Shown: positions 7,447 to 17,386 of the stretch, one piece after another
How the letters are laid out: every line of letters begins with the position of its first letter
Numbering within the stretch: position 1 is the first letter of the stretch
Assembly: GCA_045133795.1 (NCBI GenBank)
Contig: JBGUUT010000126.1
Coordinates: 7,943-71,942 of the forward strand
Length of the DNA stretch: 64,000 bases
Reading direction: 5' to 3'
From: Spirochaetota bacterium
GTDB taxonomy: Bacteria; Spirochaetota; GWE2-31-10
Made by a program: the position numbers and the translations under genes
The notes under the pieces: generated by a model
What the model saw: the letters and a program-made list of their open reading frames with translations, nothing else
The model's database searches: none
Told to the model about the DNA's origin: nothing

Positions 7447-9716
7447 TGAAAAGATTAGGCGGGATAATCACTGTTTTACTTGTCGTTTTTTGTACGGGAG
7501 CAGTGATTTCTTGTGCCGGTACAAAAAATGCAATAGTAAAAGACTCAAACAAAGAAAATAACACATCAAAAAAATCAGCGGAAAATCAGGCGGAATCTTT
7601 ATCAAATCCGCTTGAGGAATCTAACCAAGTCGATAATACGACCGACTCTGTGGAAAATGACGAATTAACACAAGGTTTAAATCAGACTGAAAATGTACAA
7701 CCGGAAGCTTTTTTGGAAACAGAAAGTCTTACAGCACAACTGTTTGATGTTCCGGGAGTTTTGTTTCAGGAAGAGATTGCTGAGGAAGAATCAGAAATCG
7801 AAGCTGCGATTAATCAAGAAGAAATTGCACATAGCGAAAATATTTCCGGTAACGGCGGAAGCGTACTTTTTACATTAAAAAGAGCTGAAGAAATTAAAAA
7901 CGGTGAATCTGTAGAAACAGAAATTACTGAAGCTGATATTTCTAACGTAGAGCGACCGACAATGACTGTTTTAGAAGAACGTTTGCTCGGTTATAACGGA
8001 AAGTCAGTTTTTAATAATGAAGTGGTAACAGCTGAACCTTCTGTGTCTACTTTTGAAAATTATGAAACTGAACTTGCGGTTTTACCGGCAATTTCTGTTG
8101 AGCCGATTAAATCGGAAGCAACTATTCAGGAAAATGCGTATTTAGCACAGATTATTTCATTACCTAAAATTGCGGAAGAGACTTTGGGCGAAATTGCAAA
8201 AGAAGAAAAATTGTCAGATGAAGAAATTGTTGCAGATATTGAAATTGCAGAAGTTTCAGATGATGAAAATATGTTGTTGTCTGAGCCTAAACCTTTAGAA
8301 ATTGCGTTGGGAAATTCTGTGACTCCTTTCGGATTGCCGGGAAGTTTTCTTTCTCCGCTTGCCAATCCGGATACTGTAGTAAAAGCAATGAATGACAAAA
8401 CGGAAAATGCAGAAACAGAACAAGCTGTTGAGGAAAAAGTAATTTCTGATGTTGTCGAAATGAAAGCTTCTAAGAAAGAAGAAAATCCTGTTGAAATAAA
8501 AAAAGATGTTAAAACTCAACAGTATGTTGAAATTCAACAAAAACCGATTTTATCGACAGAATCTGTTCCGGAAGTTGCATTTGCCGCAAAAAAAACGGAA
8601 GAACAGAATGTTGCTTTAAATGAGATACTTTCTGTGAATAAAATAGAAATGCCTGCTGCGGAAAATAAAGCAGTTTCTGCGAAAAAAGCTTTTCCGGAAA
8701 TGAAAGTTTCGGTAGTTTATCCGCAAGTCGGAGAGCCGGAAGAACTTGAAGAAGTTGAAGATTTTGAAATGAAACCGGATTTTGTTTATCCGCAAGAAAA
8801 AATTTCAGGATTGGAAAATCAGGAAACAATTATCAGAATGCAAGGTGACGGTTGGCGAATAGATTCAATGAATCATAATGCAATGAAGCTTTTGGAACGA
8901 AAAAATAATAGAGACGGTAATACGACTTTCAGAATAAAGAACGGTAATGCCGGGACTGAACAGATTAAATTTACTCGCTATAATGAAGATGAAAATCGTC
9001 ATGAAATTCGTGTTTATTCCGTTGATATAAAACCGGTTTTATTAACTGCAGAAAATAATAAAAAGAATGCTCCTAAAGCAAAAAAGGCAAGTAAATCAAA
9101 AGGAATCGATGATTACAGAAAAACTCTTGCAGACCATTTATTTGCGGATGAAAATTTTGCACAGGCTTCTGTATATTATAAGAAGTTGATAGACGAAAAT
9201 ATTGTAGACAGTGAACTTTTGTATAAGGCTGCTCATTCAATGAAAGAAGCCGGAAATACAAAAAATGCGATGGAATATTATCAAAAGAATTTGGCAGAAG
9301 AAGGGAATCCTTTTTATGATGATGCGATTATCGAATATATTCATCTGTTGAAAGAACAAAAAGAGTTTGATAAGGCGATAAATGTTGTTTATGAACGCGG
9401 TTTATCTAAAAGTGTAAGTGAAGATTGTACTCAAAAATTGTACAGAACATTGGGTGATTTATTTTTTAATGTCAAAAATTATACCGAAGCAATCAGAACT
9501 TACAAAACCGTATTAAGTTTGTATCCGGCAGGTAACGGTGAGGATAAAGCAATGTTCTATTTGGCGTATGCTTTGGAATTGCAGGAAAATCCGGAATTTA
9601 AGGAAGCACAACGTTTTTATCGAGAGCTTTTGGATGTTTATCCTGAATCGCAATATGTGAATTTAAGTCGTTCCAGAATAGGTTTTATAGACCGACATTA
9701 TATTAAAGTTAATTAA
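7446..9716 (+). CDS. Lipoprotein with an acidic low-complexity middle region and C-terminal TPR repeats
   Basis: GTG start, a lipobox (VISCAG), and TPR-like helices at the C-terminus (YYKKLIDEN...AMEYYQKNL...). Confidence 0.6.
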   Translation: MKRLGGIITVLLVVFCTGAVISCAGTKNAIVKDSNKENNTSKKSAENQAESLSNPLEESNQVDNTTDSVENDELTQGLNQTENVQPEAFLETESLTAQLFDVPGVLFQEEIAEEESEIEAAINQEEIAHSENISGNGGSVLFTLKRAEEIKNGESVETEITEADISNVERPTMTVLEERLLGYNGKSVFNNEVVTAEPSVSTFENYETELAVLPAISVEPIKSEATIQENAYLAQIISLPKIAEETLGEIAKEEKLSDEEIVADIEIAEVSDDENMLLSEPKPLEIALGNSVTPFGLPGSFLSPLANPDTVVKAMNDKTENAETEQAVEEKVISDVVEMKASKKEENPVEIKKDVKTQQYVEIQQKPILSTESVPEVAFAAKKTEEQNVALNEILSVNKIEMPAAENKAVSAKKAFPEMKVSVVYPQVGEPEELEEVEDFEMKPDFVYPQEKISGLENQETIIRMQGDGWRIDSMNHNAMKLLERKNNRDGNTTFRIKNGNAGTEQIKFTRYNEDENRHEIRVYSVDIKPVLLTAENNKKNAPKAKKASKSKGIDDYRKTLADHLFADENFAQASVYYKKLIDENIVDSELLYKAAHSMKEAGNTKNAMEYYQKNLAEEGNPFYDDAIIEYIHLLKEQKEFDKAINVVYERGLSKSVSEDCTQKLYRTLGDLFFNVKNYTEAIRTYKTVLSLYPAGNGEDKAMFYLAYALELQENPEFKEAQRFYRELLDVYPESQYVNLSRSRIGFIDRHYIKVN

Positions 9717-9728
9717 TTTTGACTGGCT

Positions 9729-9771
9729 GAGACTGCTCAGAGGTAAATTACCGAGCAGTCCGGCTTTTTTG
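9729..9771 (+). terminator. Rho-independent terminator
   Basis: Stem GACTGCTC/GAGCAGTC followed by a T6 run. Confidence 0.5.
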
Positions 9772-9948
9772 TATATATGCAAGTTTTACGTTTTTCCTTT
9801 GGGATTAATAAAGGTGTTCTATACTTGACAAAAGGTAATGTAAAATTTTAAAAGAGTGCCATTAATAAAGGTAAATAAGCTGAAGTGGAAAAATCGGATA
9901 TGATTTTAGCTTCTTCTTAAAAAATAAAAAAAAGAGTGAGGTTCTGTT

Positions 9949-10671
9949 TTGAAAGCGAAACTTTTCTTTTGTTTTCTGTTGAGTTGTGTTTTTTGCCAAT
10001 TAAATGCACAGGAACAATTGCTTGGAGCTAAAGATCTTTTGGCGTCCATATCGGAAACTTATAAAACAACAATAAAAGATTATGAAGCTAAGGTTACATG
10101 GACACAAGAAAAAGATGTTCAGACCGGGAATTTATGGTTCAAAAATCCTCAAAAATTGAGAATAGATTTTACCGAACCTAAAGGTCAAGTTTTATGTACT
10201 AACGGTTATGAATTTTGGGTTTATATTGACAATATGAATGTGACTTTACATCAAGATATTCTTGCAAAGGAAAAAGAAAAAGACGAAAACGGTAAAATCG
10301 TGGTGAAAGAGCAGAATGTTCTTTTGGAAGCTGTAGGTTTTGACAGATTTTTAAAAGATTATGCAATAGAATATCAAGATGCGAAAACATTGCAGGAATA
10401 CACGGACAAAAACGGTAATGTAAGCAGTGTTTATAAATTTAAATTAATTCGTTGGCGTTCAAGCCAAAATGGTTTTAACGTGATTTATTTAACGGTAGAG
10501 CCAAACGGATTAATTCGTAAAGTTGAAGGAATTACGGCTGCATATAAAAAGATAATCTTTGAATTGGATGATTACAAAGTTAATCCGGGGATTGCGGATT
10601 TAAAGTTTGAGTATGATCCTCCGGCACATGCAAATACAGTTAATAATTTTATATCAAATCAAGGGGACTAA
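9949..10671 (+). CDS. LolA-like outer-membrane lipoprotein-sorting fold protein (secreted)
   Basis: TTG start with an RBS and a signal peptide. The size and beta-rich pattern are typical of the LolA/LolB-like family, but this call is tentative. Confidence 0.4.
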   Translation: MKAKLFFCFLLSCVFCQLNAQEQLLGAKDLLASISETYKTTIKDYEAKVTWTQEKDVQTGNLWFKNPQKLRIDFTEPKGQVLCTNGYEFWVYIDNMNVTLHQDILAKEKEKDENGKIVVKEQNVLLEAVGFDRFLKDYAIEYQDAKTLQEYTDKNGNVSSVYKFKLIRWRSSQNGFNVIYLTVEPNGLIRKVEGITAAYKKIIFELDDYKVNPGIADLKFEYDPPAHANTVNNFISNQGD

Positions 10672-10674
10672 TTG

Positions 10675-11829
10675 ATGGAACCATTGGGCTTATATTTAAA
10701 ACAGGTCAGAGAAGGGAAAAAGCTGACTATCGATAAAGTAATTGAAGATACTTTCATTATGAAAAAATTTATTATTGCAATAGAAGACGATGATTTTTCT
10801 TCTTTTCCGGGAGAAGCTTATCTAAAAGGTTTCTTGCGAAATTACGGAGAATATTTAGGGCTTGATCCGTCTGATTTAATTTCACGTTATGAAAGAATAA
10901 AAATGTCAGAAATGCCGTCACCTACAGAGCTTTTGATTCCTAAACCAAAAGCATTTTTCTCAAAAATGTTGCTGATTGTTTTAATTGTAATGCTTTTGGT
11001 TGCTGTAGTTGTCGGTATTGGTGCTATTGCCGTGGCTATGCGTTCGACAGTTGCAAATACAGCCGTAAAGACAAAAGAAGAAGTTAAAACAGAAAAAGAA
11101 AAGGCTCGTTCTGAAAAGAAAAAGAATCTTTTGGTAAAGGAAAAAAAGAAAGCTCAGGTAGAAACAACTGAAGACAGTAAGTCTAAAGTTTTTACATTTG
11201 AAGCTGAAGCTGATAATTTTACAGTTAAAAAAGATGAGAAAATAAGCTTTAAATTGGATGATGAAAAAACATATTCTATTTGGGTGTCAGAATTAGAGCC
11301 GACTGTTATATTGAAAAGTTCGGCAGACAGACAGCAATTTCTTATAGCGAACGGTTTTACAAATAAGTTTGATGTAAACGGCGACGGAAAAGAAGATTTG
11401 GAAATTGTGTTAAGTTTCTGGACAGATAAAAATGCTACTATCGGTTTAAAAAGAATTGCTAATTCTCTTTGGAGTGACAGCAGTATTGACAGTGAATTCT
11501 TTTTACCGGATACAATCGAGGTTATCGGTGAAAAAGCAAGCAAGTCAGAAATTTCACTAATGATTTCATTTTCTGAAATGGCATATTTGAAATATCAAAT
11601 AGATAAAAATCCGGAAGTAGAAAAGACTTATAAGGTTGGTGCTGTTTTAGAATTAAAGGCAAATGAACGTGTTCTTTTGTGGATGTCGGATGCCGGAGCC
11701 GTAAATGCTGATTTTTCAGAGTATAACAAACGAGTTGTTCTCGGAGAAAAAGGTAAAGTTGACGTGAAGATTATCGGTTGGACTAAAAACAATGGTAATT
11801 ACTCATTACAAATGAGTTCATTGAATTAA
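10675..11829 (+). CDS. RodZ-like protein (N-terminal XRE-type HTH, one TM helix, C-terminal DUF4115-like domain)
   Basis: LYLKQVREGKKLTIDKVIEDTFIMKKFIIAIEDDDFSSFPGEAYLKGFLRNYGEYLGLD matches the RodZ N-terminus, followed by a TM helix and a Lys/Glu-rich linker. Confidence 0.55.
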   Translation: MEPLGLYLKQVREGKKLTIDKVIEDTFIMKKFIIAIEDDDFSSFPGEAYLKGFLRNYGEYLGLDPSDLISRYERIKMSEMPSPTELLIPKPKAFFSKMLLIVLIVMLLVAVVVGIGAIAVAMRSTVANTAVKTKEEVKTEKEKARSEKKKNLLVKEKKKAQVETTEDSKSKVFTFEAEADNFTVKKDEKISFKLDDEKTYSIWVSELEPTVILKSSADRQQFLIANGFTNKFDVNGDGKEDLEIVLSFWTDKNATIGLKRIANSLWSDSSIDSEFFLPDTIEVIGEKASKSEISLMISFSEMAYLKYQIDKNPEVEKTYKVGAVLELKANERVLLWMSDAGAVNADFSEYNKRVVLGEKGKVDVKIIGWTKNNGNYSLQMSSLN

Positions 11830-11833
11830 TGGT

Positions 11834-13180
11834 ATGAAAGAAAAAACAGTTTATATTGAATCTTTAGGTTGTGCAAAAAATCAAGTCGATTCCGAAAAAA
11901 TGGCTGCTCTTTTAGAGCAGCACGGTTGGAATTTAGTTGATAATTCCGAAGAAGCTGTTTGTATTATTATAAATACTTGCGGTTTTATAGAAAGTGCAAA
12001 GAAAGAAGCAATTGATGTTCTTTGTGATGCGATAAAACAAAAACAATGCGGTAAATGTCGTATCGTTGTGGCAGCAGGATGTTTTGCTCAACGATACCAT
12101 GACGCGTTAAAAGAAGAATTTGGTGATGATGAAATAGATGTAATTTTCGGAATCGGAGATATTTCGAAAATTGCAGATATTGTGGAAGACACTTTTTTAA
12201 ATAAACAACCGTCAAAGCGTGTTGAGATTCCGCAAATGGCGGATGATAATCTGTTGGATCGTAAAGTTTCCGGTTTTCCGGGGTCTGCGTACTTACGAAT
12301 CAGTGACGGTTGTTCTAATCATTGTACATATTGTGCTATTCCGTTAATCAGAGGGGAGCTTCATTCCAGAAAGATGGAAGTAATTCTAAAAGAGTTGGAA
12401 TTATTATTACCCGGAACATTAAAGGAATTGAATGTAATCAGTCAAGATACAACAAATTACGGAAAGGATATTTATGGTGAAAGTAAGCTTGCAGATTTAC
12501 TGGAAGCTATTGATGATAAACTTTCTGATGGTATCAGAATGCGTTTGTTGTATATGCATCCTGATCATATTACGGACGATTTGCTTGACAGAATGACCAA
12601 ACTTCGTCATTTCGTACCTTATTTTGATTTGCCGTTTCAATCCGCAAGCAAAAATATTTTACAGAAGATGGGGCGTAAAGGAGATTCACAAACTTATCTT
12701 AGTTTACTTGAACGTATTCGACAGCGTTTTCCGGATGCAGTAATTCGTTCTACATTTATAGTCGGATTTCCGGGAGAAACAGCAGAAGATGCCGAAGAAT
12801 CTTTGGAATTTATAAAACGTGCCGGAATGGAATGGGTTGGGGCGTTTGCTTATTCTCCGGAAGAAGATACGCCGGCTTATGATTTGCCGAACAGAGTAAA
12901 AAAGAATGTAGCTAAAAAACGACTTGATAAATTAATGGAAGTTTCGGAAGAAATTGCATTACCGAGACTTGAAAGATTTGTCGGAGAAAGAGTTGAGGTT
13001 TTGATTGAAGAACGCATTGATGAAGAACTTTGTATCGGGCGTTTTTGGGGACAAGCTCCGGATGTTGACGGATTGACAGTTGTTGAAAGTGCTAATGCAG
13101 TTCCCGGAGAAATGATAGATGTCGAAATCCTAAGATTGAACGGAAAAGATTTCTACGGGATACAATCTGTAAATAATTAG
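11834..13180 (+). CDS. rimO: Ribosomal protein S12 methylthiotransferase RimO (radical SAM, MiaB family)
   Basis: N-terminal LGCAKNQVDSE, the radical SAM motif CSNHCTYCAIP and a C-terminal TRAM domain. Confidence 0.8.
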   Translation: MKEKTVYIESLGCAKNQVDSEKMAALLEQHGWNLVDNSEEAVCIIINTCGFIESAKKEAIDVLCDAIKQKQCGKCRIVVAAGCFAQRYHDALKEEFGDDEIDVIFGIGDISKIADIVEDTFLNKQPSKRVEIPQMADDNLLDRKVSGFPGSAYLRISDGCSNHCTYCAIPLIRGELHSRKMEVILKELELLLPGTLKELNVISQDTTNYGKDIYGESKLADLLEAIDDKLSDGIRMRLLYMHPDHITDDLLDRMTKLRHFVPYFDLPFQSASKNILQKMGRKGDSQTYLSLLERIRQRFPDAVIRSTFIVGFPGETAEDAEESLEFIKRAGMEWVGAFAYSPEEDTPAYDLPNRVKKNVAKKRLDKLMEVSEEIALPRLERFVGERVEVLIEERIDEELCIGRFWGQAPDVDGLTVVESANAVPGEMIDVEILRLNGKDFYGIQSVNN

Positions 13181-13208
13181 TTTTATAAAAAGTATTACCG
13201 GAGGGAAA

Positions 13209-15293
13209 ATGAACGACTTTATGATGGGGCTCAATCCACGCCAAATGGATGCGGTTTTGAGTGAATCTAAACATCTTCTTATCTTAGCCGGTGCTGGTTC
13301 CGGGAAGACTAAAACGATTACGACACGAATCGCACATCTTTTGCAAAATGAAGAAGTACATCCCGGACAGATTTTAGCTTTAACATTTACAAATAAAGCT
13401 GCACGTGAAATGAAAGAGCGTGTTTTTTCATTTATCGGGGAACGTCCCGGTTTGCTGTTGAAAACTTTTCATTCTTTCGGTGCTACTTTTTTACGGCGTT
13501 ATGCAGAATGTGTGGGGCGTAAAGATAACTTTGTAATTTATGACGACCATGATTCGAATCACTTGCTTGATTTGACAGCGGCAAAATACGGTGTTCAAAA
13601 AAGTGATTTAAAAGTTTTGAAGAAATGGGTGAAACGTTATAAGCAAAATTTAGAAGCCGTAACGGAACAACCTGACAATCCTAATTTTCTTGAGATTTAT
13701 GAAGAATATAACAAAGCTTTAATTAATTATAATGCGTTTGATTTCGAAGATTTAATTTTTCAATGTGTAAGAATTCTGGAAAATAATCAAGCAGTCGCAG
13801 ATTATTATCATAATCGTTATTTGCACGTTCTTGTGGATGAATATCAAGATACAAATATGTCGCAGGAGCGTTTTTTGTCATTACTTTGCGGAGATAAAAC
13901 TTCGCTTGTAGTTGTCGGTGATGAAGACCAGTCTATTTATAGATTTCGCGGAGCTGACGTTGAATTGATTCTTAATTTCCCGGAGAAATATCAGGACACT
14001 GAAATTGTGAGACTGGAAGAAAATTATCGTTCTACGGAAAATATTTTGAATGCAGCGAATGCTGTTATTTCTAATAATACTTCACGATTGGGGAAAACTC
14101 TTTTTTCGGCTAAAGGAGCAGGTTCTAAAGTTCGTTTGGCAAAAAATGAGAACGAAAATGAAGAAGGCGATTACATTGCCAACGAGATAAAATCTTGTGG
14201 TTATGATTTGAAAGAAACGGCAGTTTTGGTGCGAATAAATGCTCAAACTCGTGCGATAGAAGAAAGTTTCAGACGAGGGAAAATTCCTTATGTTGTAATC
14301 GGAAGTTTGAGTTTTTACGAACGTGAAGAAATAAAAGACGTTCTTTTGCTGTTACGCTGGTTTTCTAATACTTTTGATGCGTTGGCGTTTTCACGTTTTG
14401 TTAATAAACCTGCACGAGGAATCGGCAAGAAATCTTTGGAAACTTTTTTGGAATTTGCAGATAGCCGATACGGCGGAAATATTTATAATGCGTTGAATAA
14501 TGTTGCAACTAGCGGATTAAAAGGTAAAACTCTTAAAGCGTTACAAGATTTGGCGGCGATTTTCTTTGATTTCGAAAAGCAGTTTTCTACGGGAAGTGTG
14601 CAAGAAGTTTTTGCGGAATATTTGGAAAAACTCGGAGTTATCGAATATTATTCCAATATCGATAAATGTGACGGAACGGACAGAGTTGATAATATAAAAG
14701 AATTTGTTAACGGCTTGGCTGATGTTGAGCCGGGGCTGGAAAATATTACTTCTTTCCTTGAAGAAAACGCTTTGATTAGTCAGAGTGATAAGATAGACGA
14801 TGAGGACACAGTAAAAATAATGACTGTTCATCATGCAAAAGGTTTGGAATTTGAAAATGTTTTTATTTCCGGCTTGGAACAAGATCTTTTTCCTCACGGT
14901 ACATCGTTGATGGAATATTGCGATGATGAAGAAGAACGGCGTTTGTTTTACGTTGCGATTACCAGAGCAAAAAAAGAGCTTTATTTGTGTTATACAAAGT
15001 CACGCTTTTTACACGGACATCGCTGCATGAATCCGCCGTCATCATTTTTGGCGGAGATTCCGAATGAATTGTTGGAGTTGATAAAAAGTAATAAAAGTGA
15101 TACTACATCTGAAAAATTTTCTGAATTTGTCGAAGGTCGTATGGTACGTCATCGTGATTACGGCAGCGGAAGAATTTTGAAAGTTAGAAACGCCGGAAAA
15201 TATTATTTGGCAAGTATAGATTTTTTTGATTATTCACAAGCAGAAGTAATTTTAAATTATGAAGCTAAGAAAATGGAGTTTATTGATGATTAA
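13209..15293 (+). CDS. ATP-dependent DNA helicase, UvrD/PcrA/Rep family
   Basis: LNPRQMDAVL, GAGSGKT, DEYQDT, VGDEDQSIYRFRGA, a TRAK-like region and a C-terminal Tudor-like tail. Confidence 0.85.
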   Translation: MNDFMMGLNPRQMDAVLSESKHLLILAGAGSGKTKTITTRIAHLLQNEEVHPGQILALTFTNKAAREMKERVFSFIGERPGLLLKTFHSFGATFLRRYAECVGRKDNFVIYDDHDSNHLLDLTAAKYGVQKSDLKVLKKWVKRYKQNLEAVTEQPDNPNFLEIYEEYNKALINYNAFDFEDLIFQCVRILENNQAVADYYHNRYLHVLVDEYQDTNMSQERFLSLLCGDKTSLVVVGDEDQSIYRFRGADVELILNFPEKYQDTEIVRLEENYRSTENILNAANAVISNNTSRLGKTLFSAKGAGSKVRLAKNENENEEGDYIANEIKSCGYDLKETAVLVRINAQTRAIEESFRRGKIPYVVIGSLSFYEREEIKDVLLLLRWFSNTFDALAFSRFVNKPARGIGKKSLETFLEFADSRYGGNIYNALNNVATSGLKGKTLKALQDLAAIFFDFEKQFSTGSVQEVFAEYLEKLGVIEYYSNIDKCDGTDRVDNIKEFVNGLADVEPGLENITSFLEENALISQSDKIDDEDTVKIMTVHHAKGLEFENVFISGLEQDLFPHGTSLMEYCDDEEERRLFYVAITRAKKELYLCYTKSRFLHGHRCMNPPSSFLAEIPNELLELIKSNKSDTTSEKFSEFVEGRMVRHRDYGSGRILKVRNAGKYYLASIDFFDYSQAEVILNYEAKKMEFIDD

Positions 15294-15576
15294 TAAAGAA
15301 ACAATTGATCGAATCTGCGATATGGCAAGACTTGAAATCAGTGAAAATGATAAGGATAAATTTGTCGGTCAGATGAATGATATTCTTGGTTATGTAGAAT
15401 CAGTTGCGAAACTTGATACAAGTTCTGTCGGTGACAGGGAAAGTGTTTTTGATGAGAAAAATGTAATTGATGAAGATGAAATTGAAAATGGATTGTCTGC
15501 CAGTCAGTTAAGAAAGTATACAAAAAATTATCTTGACGGTTATTATGCTGTTCCTAAGATTTTAAATAAAGGCTGA
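15286..15576 (+). CDS. gatC: Glu-tRNA(Gln)/Asp-tRNA(Asn) amidotransferase subunit C
   Basis: [37 protein letters not shown] is typical of GatC. The start is taken at the internal ATG. Confidence 0.75.
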   Translation: MINKETIDRICDMARLEISENDKDKFVGQMNDILGYVESVAKLDTSSVGDRESVFDEKNVIDEDEIENGLSASQLRKYTKNYLDGYYAVPKILNKG

Positions 15577-15586
15577 GTTTTATATT

Positions 15587-16126
15587 ATGGAAAATTTAAT
15601 TACTCAAATAATAACGCAAATCGGCGAGAATCCGGAGCGTGAAGGACTTTTGAAAACTCCTGAGCGTGCGGCTAAAGCTTTGAAATTTCTCACAAAAGGT
15701 TATGAAGAAAAGCTTGAGGATATAATTAACGGAGCTGTTTTTCAGGCAGAAGACAATGAAATGGTAGTTATTCGTGATATAGAATTTTATTCATTATGCG
15801 AACATCATATGTTACCGTTTTATGGGAAATGTCATATCGGTTATATTCCGAACAAGTCGATTTTGGGACTTTCTAAGTTTGCACGAATTACAGATCATTT
15901 TGCTCGACGCTTGCAAGTTCAGGAACGACTTACAACTCAGATTGCCGATGCTGTACAAGAAATTTTGCAACCTTTGGGAGTCGGAGTAACGATAGAGGCT
16001 TCACATCTTTGCATGATGATGCGTGGCGTGCAGAAACAAAATAGTTTTACTATTACAAATTCATTGCGTGGCGTGTTTAAGTCTGATGTAAGAACACGAA
16101 ACGAATTTTTGCGTTTGATTCGTTAA
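15587..16126 (+). CDS. folE: GTP cyclohydrolase I
   Basis: [23 protein letters not shown] and the overall size. Confidence 0.9.
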   Translation: MENLITQIITQIGENPEREGLLKTPERAAKALKFLTKGYEEKLEDIINGAVFQAEDNEMVVIRDIEFYSLCEHHMLPFYGKCHIGYIPNKSILGLSKFARITDHFARRLQVQERLTTQIADAVQEILQPLGVGVTIEASHLCMMMRGVQKQNSFTITNSLRGVFKSDVRTRNEFLRLIR

Positions 16127-16135
16127 TATTAGATT

Positions 16136-16181
16136 AAAAAATCATAAGGTACCTTGTAGATAAACGAGGTACCTTTTTTTA
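16136..16181. terminator. Bidirectional Rho-independent terminator between folE and the convergent transporter gene
   Basis: Stem AAGGTACC/GGTACCTT flanked by an A-run and a T-run. Confidence 0.6.
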
Positions 16182-17126
16182 TACCAGAAGCAATGCTAAA
16201 AGCGGAATAGTAAAGATAGAAAGCATTGTAGATAAAAAAACAGATTGTGCTGCTGTCTCGCAGTTTCCGCCGTAAGCTTGAGCCAGTATAGGAGTACTTG
16301 CAGCTGCCGGCATTCCGCAGATAAGTACGATTACTCCCAAAAACATTTTATTGTCGATAAAATTGCGCAATATTAACCATAAAATACAAGGCAGAACCAG
16401 AAGCCGCAGTCCGGACAGAATATAGAGTCGCCAATTTGTAAATGCTTTTGTCAGACTGTTTTGAGCTAAAATTGCACCGATTACGAACATTGACATCGGA
16501 ATTGTTACATCACCGAGAAGTTCCATCGGTTCTTTTATTACTTGCGGTAGGTGAATATTCATCGCAAATAAAGCAAAACCGATGATGACCGAAACGACGC
16601 CCGGATTTAATATTTGCGAGATTGAAATGTGGTAACTCTTGCCCGGTTCCGATGTACGGGAAAAAGTTTTGTCTTGCATTAAAAGAATTACACCGAGTGT
16701 GAATGTCAAAAAGTTGAACGGAAGGTTGTAAATCGCAGCGTAAAATAACGCACCTTCTCCGAATACAGATTTTACGACCGGGAACCCCATAAATGCGACG
16801 TTGGAAAAAATCGTGACAAATTGAAAAACTCCTCTTTCGCCGTTGTGCGGTTTGAGAATAAAAGGAATTATCAACGCGATAAAAAAAGAAGCTGCATATA
16901 CACTGATTGAAATAAATAATAATTGTGCACTTTCTATCAAAAGGGAAGCATTGTAATTCATTTGCATGGAAACTATGGTTAATGCGGGAAGCGTAACTTT
17001 TAAAATGATGTTATTAATTCCGCGAGTTGTTGTGTTGTCGAAGATTTTTAATCTTCGTGCAATAAAACCGGCTAATAATAACAAAAATAAAACAAGAACT
17101 TTTCCCAGTACGACTGACGGATTCAC
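16179..17126 (-). CDS. AEC (auxin efflux carrier/malate permease-like) family transporter
   Basis: Polytopic membrane protein with 10 TM segments and AEC-like topology. Confidence 0.7.
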   Translation of the reverse strand: MNPSVVLGKVLVLFLLLLAGFIARRLKIFDNTTTRGINNIILKVTLPALTIVSMQMNYNASLLIESAQLLFISISVYAASFFIALIIPFILKPHNGERGVFQFVTIFSNVAFMGFPVVKSVFGEGALFYAAIYNLPFNFLTFTLGVILLMQDKTFSRTSEPGKSYHISISQILNPGVVSVIIGFALFAMNIHLPQVIKEPMELLGDVTIPMSMFVIGAILAQNSLTKAFTNWRLYILSGLRLLVLPCILWLILRNFIDNKMFLGVIVLICGMPAAASTPILAQAYGGNCETAAQSVFLSTMLSIFTIPLLALLLV

Positions 17127-17386
17127 GATAATTTTCCTTTATTTTTTTATGAAATTAATAAAAGCACAATATGCTCTAAAACGCTTTCTTTGTAAATATG
17201 AAACCTTCTTTGTTTATTTGTGAATCAAAGAAATTGAATAAGATGTATAAAATTTGAATGTAAGTAATCGTTAAGATTTGCTTGGTGTGTATAAAGGATA
17301 AAATTTGATTTGTGATTATTTTTATACATAAATGTAAATGAAACTTGACAATGCTTCATGATTCTTCTACTATGGATGAAATATGA